IMG/VR virus record: IMGVR_UViG_3300000568_000014 | DNA: 64,000 nucleotides | DNA from: a virus | Strand: one strand, 5' to 3' | Part shown: positions 57,237 through 64,000 of the stretch, one piece after another | Numbering within the stretch: the stretch's first letter is position 1 | Layout of the letters: each line of letters starts with the position of its first letter | Program-made: the position numbers and the translations under genes | The notes under the pieces: generated by a model | Seen by the model: the letters and a program-made list of their open reading frames with translations, nothing else | Database searches by the model: none | What the model was told of the DNA's origin: nothing

Positions 57237-58327
57237 TAAGTGAGTTCATGGAAGGGTATATGAAAAATACCCTTGGAAAGAAGACGAAAGAAGGGAATTG
57301 GGGAGTAATCAACTGGGGACACATGGATGTCTTACAGTACTACCCAAGCGATGTACCCAAAGCAAGCGAAGACGTAGCTTACAGACTTCCGAGCGGCGAA
57401 GTCGTAGTAAATGCCAATAGGCTAAGGTATGTCGGAAAGGCTATGGCATGGGGAAATGAAGCACGATGGGCAACAGAACAGAATCAAAGAAAGATACAAA
57501 GCTTTCTTGAAAATCTCGGAGGGATTCTTCTTCCTTTTACGCTCTTTAGCGAAACTGGGATGGATATACGGGACTTTGAATGGGTACAAAAACCCATACC
57601 TGGAGGAGAAACAGTAAAGATTAAGGAAGAGAGACACCACTATTCCAACGAATCTGATAGGTATGTAATCAGAGAAAGGCATTTTGTTGGAGCAATGGTA
57701 TTCAAGATAGGGAATGAGTTTATCCTGTTCGACATTGACAGAAAGGAAATTGAAAACGGGATTTTTAATGCCTTCATAGTGAAACTCCCAGAGCCAGTTG
57801 GAAGTGTGGAAGAAGCATACAAATCTCTTAGACCTCAAGAAGTTAAAGACGCAACTGAAAAAGGAGTAGATGTACAGAGACAAGGAGAATTCTTCTTCAT
57901 AAAAGTGGGAGATGAATGCCCAGTAAAGGTTATGCTAACCGATGAAGAATTGCGAATTTTGAGGCATCCTCCCTCTAAATGGGGTTTTGGACTCGCGGTA
58001 AATAGAGGATGGAGAGACGATAGCTCGGAAATAACCGGAAAAGAGGAACTGACACCACTTGAAGAAGAGTACCAAAGAGAGGCGAAAGCTTACAACGAAG
58101 TAAGACTGAAATTTGAGTCGATAACTCCTACTGGTGGAACTATCAGCTCTGTTGCATCCGCTGGACATGAAGCAGAATCATACGTCCTTGCGGACGGTGC
58201 TTACTATGTTCATGGAAAAGTCAAACATAGCAGGAGAGAACATGGAGAGTTAAACCTGGAAGGATGGTACAAAGTCGTATCAAACAGGGCTGTCCAAAGT
58301 TTCACCATAAGAGGTGAAATCGACTAA
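57230..58327 (+). CDS. hypothetical phage-type protein
   Basis: SVEEAYKSLRP..VQRQGEFFFI..HSRREH motifs. Confidence 0.6.
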   Translation: MLVSEFMEGYMKNTLGKKTKEGNWGVINWGHMDVLQYYPSDVPKASEDVAYRLPSGEVVVNANRLRYVGKAMAWGNEARWATEQNQRKIQSFLENLGGILLPFTLFSETGMDIRDFEWVQKPIPGGETVKIKEERHHYSNESDRYVIRERHFVGAMVFKIGNEFILFDIDRKEIENGIFNAFIVKLPEPVGSVEEAYKSLRPQEVKDATEKGVDVQRQGEFFFIKVGDECPVKVMLTDEELRILRHPPSKWGFGLAVNRGWRDDSSEITGKEELTPLEEEYQREAKAYNEVRLKFESITPTGGTISSVASAGHEAESYVLADGAYYVHGKVKHSRREHGELNLEGWYKVVSNRAVQSFTIRGEID

Positions 58328-58329
58328 TT

Positions 58330-58357
58330 TTTTCTGATAACATAGATTAACAGAAAA
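58330..58357. repeat. dif-like site 16 (TTTTCTGATAA-CATAGA-TTAACAGAAAA)
   Basis: 2 bp after the stop codon. Confidence 0.85.
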
Positions 58358-58369
58358 CGAGGCAAAAAA

Positions 58370-59254
58370 ATGTGTAAAGGAATTGCAATTTGTGTGTGGA
58401 AAGATCCTGTACTTCCCAATGGGTATCGGATAAGAACTGAGTATGGCATATCATCGCATGAAGCACTGGGAGCAGATGATTACTGCCTTAGATTCGAATT
58501 GTTTTTCCCAGGTACTTTACAATGGGATAACCCAGATGAAGCTGGACTTCGTGAACTTGAGAAAAATGGAATTATCGAAAAACGTCAACAGGCAATATGC
58601 AACATTCCAACAATTCCGGCAGATGTTTATATTGCAATTTGGGAGCACTTCAAATTGTATCCTCCCAAATGGAGTATGAACCAATATCAATCCCCTGTAC
58701 CGTTAAATCATGCTAGGTTTGAAGATCGCAGTAATTTTGGAAGTTATGCGGAATTTGGAGATAATATTAAATTCGGGGACAATGTTAACATTGGTACTTA
58801 TTCCAAATTCGGAAATTGTATTCATTTTGGAGAGAACGCCATAATCGATGATCGCGCTGAATTTGGAATGAATAGTTACTTCAGCAATCATGCCCAAATT
58901 GGTCATTACGCTAGGTTCGGTAATAAAACTCGCTTTAGAAAGTACGCTAATGTTGGTTGCGATGCTATTTTTCATGATTATGCCAGCTTCGGGGATTTTG
59001 CTGAATTCGGGAACTATAATAAATTTGGAGACTATTCTAAATTCGGAAGCGGTGCCGATTTTGGAGATTGTACTGAATTTGGAACATATGCTGAGATTGG
59101 CGAAAACGCTAAGTTTGGTGATAATACTAAATTCGACACCTATGCTTACATCGGGAAAGGTGCTTCATTCGATGGTAATATAGAAGCACGATTAGAGGTC
59201 GGAGGAGCATACGTAAGAGTTAAGTATGAAAATGGAGAACTTATTGCACTATAA
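58370..59254 (+). CDS. hexapeptide-repeat (left-handed beta-helix) protein
   Basis: More than 20 xxFGxx hexapeptide repeats (AEFGDN, SKFGNC, AKFGDN). Confidence 0.75.
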   Translation: MCKGIAICVWKDPVLPNGYRIRTEYGISSHEALGADDYCLRFELFFPGTLQWDNPDEAGLRELEKNGIIEKRQQAICNIPTIPADVYIAIWEHFKLYPPKWSMNQYQSPVPLNHARFEDRSNFGSYAEFGDNIKFGDNVNIGTYSKFGNCIHFGENAIIDDRAEFGMNSYFSNHAQIGHYARFGNKTRFRKYANVGCDAIFHDYASFGDFAEFGNYNKFGDYSKFGSGADFGDCTEFGTYAEIGENAKFGDNTKFDTYAYIGKGASFDGNIEARLEVGGAYVRVKYENGELIAL

Positions 59255-59283
59255 TTTTTCGGTTAACGTGAATTAACAGAAAA
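59255..59283. repeat. dif-like site 17 (TTTTTCGGTTAA-CGTGAA-TTAACAGAAAA)
   Basis: Directly after the stop codon. Confidence 0.85.
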
Positions 59284-59331
59284 TGGCAATGAAGGTACAT
59301 AATATCCTGAGCCAAAGCGGAGGAAGCCAAG

Positions 59332-59676
59332 ATGGTAAAAATCTTGAAGACACCCGATGGAAAGAGAGTAAAAATCAACCCGCCTACAGACATTTGCTTG
59401 TATGAATCTCCTGAAAACCCGCCAAATACGGGTACAGTATATACTCGTGGATCAGACCTGTTCGCGCACAGAGCACGTTCTAGTACTTGGTACTTTTATA
59501 TCGTGCATTGGTCGATGTGGCAGGGGGAAGAAGGAAGATATCAATTAGTTTCGGAGGATTGCGCAAGAAATTTTATATTGGAAAGAGCGTCCAACGTTGG
59601 ATGGTCAGAAATTACCGACAGTGAATGGGAAAGAATCTTAGAGATATTTCCAGATCTAGAAGAAGAAAATGCATAA
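59332..59676 (+). CDS. hypothetical protein
   Basis: GGAGG RBS; WSMWQGE motif. Confidence 0.55.
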   Translation: MVKILKTPDGKRVKINPPTDICLYESPENPPNTGTVYTRGSDLFAHRARSSTWYFYIVHWSMWQGEEGRYQLVSEDCARNFILERASNVGWSEITDSEWERILEIFPDLEEENA

Positions 59677-59688
59677 AAGGTGAAACAA

Positions 59689-60642
59689 ATGAGCCACGAA
59701 ATCGAATCTTTATTTTACAATCGAGAGGTGCCATGGCATCATCTCGGCGTATGCGTGAACGAAGCACTTTCAAGCGCGGATGCTATTAAAGCATCAGGAC
59801 TGGAATGGGACGTATACAGTTCTGGTCTTAAAACGACACTAACGGATGGAACAATGGTCGATGTTCCAGAACGAGTCGCAAACATTCGGAATATCGATAA
59901 CAAAATTCTTGCCGTAGTGAGTAAGGACTACGCAATAGTCCAGAACCGGGAGGCATTTGCCTTCACGGATGCATTACTCGGAAATAACGGAGTGAAATAT
60001 GAGACAGCAGGAAGTCTTTTTGGTGGTCGCCAAGTATGGCTTCTTGCGAAAATGGATGGGATAACTGTTCTTGGAGACAAAGTAGATCCATACCTTGTCT
60101 TCACTAACAGCCACGATGCGTCTACTGGAGTAAGAGTCGCAATTACTCCTATCCGTGTCGTGTGTAACAACACGCTAACGATGGCAATGAGCGGTGCCAC
60201 CAGAGTATGGAGTACAATCCACAAGGGGGATATTCAATCTCGTCTTGAAGAGGCAAAGGAAACTCTTAAGAAGGTAACGACTTACCTCAACGAATATCCA
60301 AAGATTGCCAAGGTCATGAATGACACGAATATCTACATGGATGAGGTGGAAAAGATCGTAACCGAAATATTCCCAGTCGATGAAGAGAAAGCGGGACCGA
60401 TCAAAATACGGAACGTGGAGAGAATGAGGAATACCCTGTTCACCCTCTGGACAGAAACTCCTGACATTCAAAAATTCCAGGGAACCGCATGGGGAATGTA
60501 CAACGCCCTCAGCGATATGGTTTCCCATATGAAACCGCTTCGGGAGACTCCTACATTCGCAGAGAATAGATTCGCAACTCTCGTAGAAGGACACCCCCTG
60601 CTTGAGAAGGCACAGAGAATTTTACTGAGCGTGAGACAATGA
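59689..60642 (+). CDS. DUF932/DUF945 phage/plasmid protein
   Basis: REVPWHHLG, YETAGSLFGGRQVW, NSHD, PIRVVCNNTL, GTAWGMYNA. Confidence 0.88.
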   Translation: MSHEIESLFYNREVPWHHLGVCVNEALSSADAIKASGLEWDVYSSGLKTTLTDGTMVDVPERVANIRNIDNKILAVVSKDYAIVQNREAFAFTDALLGNNGVKYETAGSLFGGRQVWLLAKMDGITVLGDKVDPYLVFTNSHDASTGVRVAITPIRVVCNNTLTMAMSGATRVWSTIHKGDIQSRLEEAKETLKKVTTYLNEYPKIAKVMNDTNIYMDEVEKIVTEIFPVDEEKAGPIKIRNVERMRNTLFTLWTETPDIQKFQGTAWGMYNALSDMVSHMKPLRETPTFAENRFATLVEGHPLLEKAQRILLSVRQ

Positions 60643-60914
60643 ATGCAGTATCCCCCACAAATCCTTTTTCAAACCAGCCTAACAGTTGGTGTATGAAATG
60701 TGGAATGCCTCTTAAGGTACATGAAATATCGTTCAGAGTAAAGGACGACGCTGCCGTTGATTTCGATAACCGGACTTTTCACAGCGTTGTCTATCACTAT
60801 TGCTCCGACTGTAAAGAAGAGATGCAAAAGTGGTATTCAGAAGGAATAAGAGGAGCCGTTGAACGCCAAAAAGCAATCGAAGCAAGGTTAAGGGTAGAAG
60901 ATTCAAAACGGTGA
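60639..60914 (+). CDS. Zn-finger protein
   Basis: CMKC..CSDC. Confidence 0.5.
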   Translation: MNAVSPTNPFSNQPNSWCMKCGMPLKVHEISFRVKDDAAVDFDNRTFHSVVYHYCSDCKEEMQKWYSEGIRGAVERQKAIEARLRVEDSKR

Positions 60915-60918
60915 TACA

Positions 60919-61122
60919 TTGGACTCAGAAGGATATACCAACCATTTTAGGGTAAAAAACCCAAGATTTCCAACAAGAGGACAAATAGCCTTTAGGAGAC
61001 CATACAGAATAATCCATTGTAAACACTGTAATAAGGAAATAGAGACAAGAGCTAATACCAACATTAATTGCCCCCATTGCGGTAAGAACTTCTGGGTTGA
61101 AAGGAGGTTGAGAATATATTAA
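60919..61122 (+). CDS. Zn-ribbon protein
   Basis: CKHC..CPHCG. Confidence 0.5.
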   Translation: MDSEGYTNHFRVKNPRFPTRGQIAFRRPYRIIHCKHCNKEIETRANTNINCPHCGKNFWVERRLRIY

Positions 61123-61128
61123 ATTTTT

Positions 61129-61199
61129 GCGTCCATGTCCTAATGGTATGGAGCACCCCTTACATGGGTGAGGTACAGGTTCGATTCCTGTTGGACGCA
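61129..61199 (+). tRNA. tRNA-Val(TAC)
   Basis: Acceptor GCGTCCA/TGGACGC, D loop AATGGT, anticodon arm CACCC-CTTACAT-GGGTG, T arm ACAGG-TTCGATT-CCTGT. Confidence 0.88.
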
Positions 61200-61475
61200 T
61201 CCCCATAAGTGCTCGCAGTATGAAAAACAAAATCTGAATGTTCGAATCCTATCCATACTCGCGGAATATCTTATGGGGTTTTAATTTAGGGAAGAGGTTG
61301 AAAAATGTCGATGGACATACACACACTAGCAAGGTGTAAGAAGTGTGATTGTGTCTTCCTATGGTATCTCAAAGGTACTCCGTTTGTAGATGCGGAGATT
61401 ATAGGTACTTGTGATAAATGCCTTAATGAGGAGGAACACGTATGCATAGACGAAAGAGATGGGAGACCCTATTGA

Positions 61476-61502
61476 TTTCTGATAACGGCAATTAACAGAA
61501 AA
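61476..61502. repeat. dif-like site 18 (TTTCTGATAA-CGGCAA-TTAACAGAAAA)
   Basis: After a TGA, before the GAGGAG RBS of 61515. Confidence 0.8.
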
Positions 61503-61514
61503 CGAGGAGCGCAA

Positions 61515-61709
61515 ATGATGAGGAGTATACCCCGAAGTCAACTGACCGGAGAATGTTGGTACATCCAATTTGAAGGAAAAGAAGCATGTCTAAAGTGTGA
61601 ATATCGAGACACTAGCGAGTGCGGAGGGGAGAATATTATCATAACTGGAAAAAACGAGAAAGGGTACGCAGTACCAATTGGAAAGGAAATTACTCGTGAG
61701 GAGATTTAA
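61515..61709 (+). CDS. small Cys-containing protein
   Basis: ECWYIQF..CLKC..CGG. Confidence 0.5.
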   Translation: MMRSIPRSQLTGECWYIQFEGKEACLKCEYRDTSECGGENIIITGKNEKGYAVPIGKEITREEI

Positions 61710-62042
61710 ATGGCTAAGTTGAAATACAAAAAAATGGCAAATGCGCGGCCAGAGGACGGACATAAATGGATTCCTTTCAACAGGAATCTTGTGAAAGGAG
61801 ATATTTTAAGGACTCCATTGGATGAAAGGGACTTGAAAGGACCGTGGTTATACGGCATATGTGAAGGAAGTGGATTTGGATGTGATCGTTCGCTTATGGG
61901 AAATGCCATATTCATGAGAGGAGAATCGCAAGATCTGAATTACGTTCTTTCTATCCTTGATAAACCGGATGAAGGGCATTGCGAACCTCCCTTCACGTGG
62001 AGATGGGAGAAAAGATGGTTAATAGAGATTATGGAGAAATAA
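61710..62042 (+). CDS. hypothetical protein
   Basis: GSGFGC..GNAIF motif. Confidence 0.5.
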   Translation: MAKLKYKKMANARPEDGHKWIPFNRNLVKGDILRTPLDERDLKGPWLYGICEGSGFGCDRSLMGNAIFMRGESQDLNYVLSILDKPDEGHCEPPFTWRWEKRWLIEIMEK

Positions 62043-62043
62043 A

Positions 62044-62247
62044 ATGATAACAGTGACAGTTTTCGTAAACGGGTCTCCTATATTTACACGAAGCGCACGA
62101 AACTGCGGAGAGTCAAAAGATGGTCTATACAGATACAAAATAGATACCGGGGATGTTATTTACCATAAAAGGGACGATGGATTTGTCCCTCTTGTGAAAA
62201 TGATGCTTGACACCGTGGAAGACATTGACGAGGAATTGAACGATTGA
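62044..62247 (+). CDS. hypothetical protein
   Basis: Coupled ORF. Confidence 0.5.
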   Translation: MITVTVFVNGSPIFTRSARNCGESKDGLYRYKIDTGDVIYHKRDDGFVPLVKMMLDTVEDIDEELND

Positions 62248-62248
62248 G

Positions 62249-62602
62249 ATGATAACAGACGAAGATTTGTTAGACGATGACGAAACGAAAGAAACACTTC
62301 CGTTCATTAAATGTGCCGACAAAATAGAAAGAGGGTACTATAACATGTTAATAGGGGAAAGGATAAGAGCCGTAATAGATCCCTCAGAAGATTATTCCCC
62401 CATATTGGTATTCGAGAGTGGCTATGGAATGGAACTTACTAGGTGTAAATCTGGTTCGTGGCATTCGGAAGATTACCTATATAGGGTGAGGTTTATTCCA
62501 AGAGATATCATAGATAAAGCAATATTAGAGAGAAAAAACAAATTACAAAAATTGAAAGAGACGTATGAAGAGTTTGAACTTAATTTTCCAGAATACTTTT
62601 AA
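62249..62602 (+). CDS. hypothetical protein
   Basis: Coupled ORF; its stop overlaps a TTAACAGAAA half-site. Confidence 0.5.
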   Translation: MITDEDLLDDDETKETLPFIKCADKIERGYYNMLIGERIRAVIDPSEDYSPILVFESGYGMELTRCKSGSWHSEDYLYRVRFIPRDIIDKAILERKNKLQKLKETYEEFELNFPEYF

Positions 62603-62640
62603 CAGAAATGGTTATGAGATTTGAGAATAAATGAATGAGT

Positions 62641-62727
62641 GTTGGCAGATGAAGGGTAAGTCGATCCGATTGACAGATGATGCCGCCGTACGACGGGTGG
62701 GAGTTAAGGATCGGTCCTGATGCCAAC
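62641..62727 (+). ncRNA. putative K-turn-containing hairpin RNA
   Basis: GTTGGCA/TGCCAAC closing stem, 3-nt bulge, tandem GA/GA, AGG/CCT; TCGATCC/GGATCGG; apical GC-rich hairpin. Confidence 0.45.
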
Positions 62728-62742
62728 GTATGAGGTACAAAA

Positions 62743-63027
62743 ATGGAACCAACAATGGTAAATATAGCCCCGAGCGTTGAAACTGTAGCCAACAACATGT
62801 TATGGGTGGTGGAGGGGAATATTGATTACATCACCAAGAACTTCTCAAAAGACGCTAGGAGGCTTAACAAGAAGATTTCTTCTATATCGAACGACGATTC
62901 AAAGATTGAGATCATAAGGGAATTTGTGGAAAAATACCATGATATTCTCGATGCAGATCTTTGTATCTTGGGAGATATAGAAAACGCGAGGAAATTCCTT
63001 AAGGAGAAAAAGGAAAACGAGGAGTGA
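62743..63027 (+). CDS. hypothetical protein
   Basis: GAGGT RBS. Confidence 0.5.
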   Translation: MEPTMVNIAPSVETVANNMLWVVEGNIDYITKNFSKDARRLNKKISSISNDDSKIEIIREFVEKYHDILDADLCILGDIENARKFLKEKKENEE

Positions 63028-63216
63028 ATTTAAATGAAATTCTTAAGAACTCTTAAAAGAATAGAAAAGAAGGTTGAACACAAAGACCACTACATCGAGA
63101 AATGCGGAGAGTGCCCAGAACTAATCTCTGGGCAGTGTATACGAAAAAAAGTTTTCGTAAATCCAAACCGCATGTATGAAAAGTGTCCTCTCCCAGAGTA
63201 CTAAAAAGGAGGTTTT

Positions 63217-63534
63217 ATGGATCAAAATGGTGTCAAATTACTATGGGTTAGCGAAAGCCAACCCAAAGAAGAACAAATCAATGAACTCAGATCGAGATAT
63301 GGAGAACTGTTAAAGGTACTCTATTATCCACAATCCCCGTCTTCCAGCATGGAGATTTTAGCCATAAAGAAGACAAAGAAGTGCGACGACATCGTATTGG
63401 ATACGCCAATAGGGATGCAGGTTGAAATGCTGAAAATGGGAGAGAAACCATTGAGATTGACATCTAACGGTCACTTTGAACGCATATTAGATTACAAAGT
63501 GACCTCGATCCCAATGCACAAGGAAATAAAATGA
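63217..63534 (+). CDS. hypothetical protein
   Basis: AGGAGG RBS; 105 aa. Confidence 0.5.
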   Translation: MDQNGVKLLWVSESQPKEEQINELRSRYGELLKVLYYPQSPSSSMEILAIKKTKKCDDIVLDTPIGMQVEMLKMGEKPLRLTSNGHFERILDYKVTSIPMHKEIK

Positions 63535-63565
63535 ACCATTTAATGTTTCAATTGAGGTAAAAAAG

Positions 63566-64000
63566 ATGTCAGAATGGAGTAAGTTCTATTCAACAAAGGA
63601 GATAAAAATGAAATATAAGGCTGTGAATTTAGTCAATCACAAGATCGACGTTACACTTGATAACGGTTCAACATTCCAGTACAAAACCAACGCAACGAGC
63701 GTTAAATTGAACAAAATAAACAGGGAGGTTTGCAGAGTGGACGCTGGCATACCTTTAGTCCAGAGTATTTTTCTGCACGAAGAAAACCTACTGCCACAGC
63801 CAAAAAAAGGAGTGTTCTACATAGTACCTAAAGTCGTTGCTGAGATGTACAAAAATACGAGATCTGATTTTATATATCCAGCGACAAATCCGAGGCCGGA
63901 AGAAGATGGAGCGATAATTACCAATGGTAAGATCACTTCGGTAAGGAAATTTCGACTTCCGAGCGTATTGAGTTGCGAAGATGAAGTTATTGAGATGGTT
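63566..64000 (+). CDS. hypothetical phage-type protein (runs off the window end)
   Basis: VNLVNHKI..LPQPKKGVFYIVPKVVA..RSDFIYP; open to the end of the window. Confidence 0.55.
   Translation, partial: MSEWSKFYSTKEIKMKYKAVNLVNHKIDVTLDNGSTFQYKTNATSVKLNKINREVCRVDAGIPLVQSIFLHEENLLPQPKKGVFYIVPKVVAEMYKNTRSDFIYPATNPRPEEDGAIITNGKITSVRKFRLPSVLSCEDEVIEMV

Noticed and set aside
61215..61262. Second tRNA after tRNA-Val (GTTCGAATCC motif)
   Set aside because: No convincing T stem, D arm or anticodon arm; at most a remnant
7534..61502. The dispersed palindromes as intrinsic terminator RNA hairpins
   Set aside because: Arms are AT-rich and conserved in sequence, variants are non-compensatory mismatches, and spacer length is fixed at 6 bp; this fits a protein-bound DNA site better. 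A regulatory role is not fully excluded
62585..62608. Nineteenth dif-like site
   Set aside because: Only the right arm TTAACAGAAA is present; the left arm does not fit at 6-bp spacing

Overview
The window looks like a large part of an archaeal virus genome. The host is probably a methanogen such as Methanomicrobia, inferred from the NrdD/NrdG-type genes, the PAS protein, archaeal TATA boxes and GAGGTG ribosome-binding sites. From left to right it contains: (i) accessory and regulatory genes (thioredoxin-like, PAS, papain-like protease, tyrosine recombinase, stand-alone NrdD glycyl-radical domain, TnpB); (ii) a ~400-bp inverted repeat with an AT-rich core, a candidate origin; (iii) a replication operon (putative SSB, AAA_24 ATPase, SF2 helicase, PD-(D/E)XK nuclease, primase-polymerase fusion, PolB); (iv) a structural and adhesin region with beta-rich proteins, tail-anchored Ig/CARDB/PEGA proteins and five LamG-type paralogs, but no recognisable terminase, portal, HK97 capsid or tail genes; (v) many short early-type ORFs, tRNA-Val(TAC) and a K-turn hairpin RNA candidate. 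The strongest unexplained signal is 18 dispersed copies of a 28-bp dif/Xer-like site (TTTTCTGTTAA-N6-TTAACAGAAAA). Nearly all sit at gene boundaries, and one lies just upstream of the tyrosine recombinase, suggesting a gene-cassette shuffling system. A second signal is a set of Ig-fold genes that appear to chain by donor-strand complementation with inter-subunit disulfides. All product calls come from motif recognition by eye; no searches were run.
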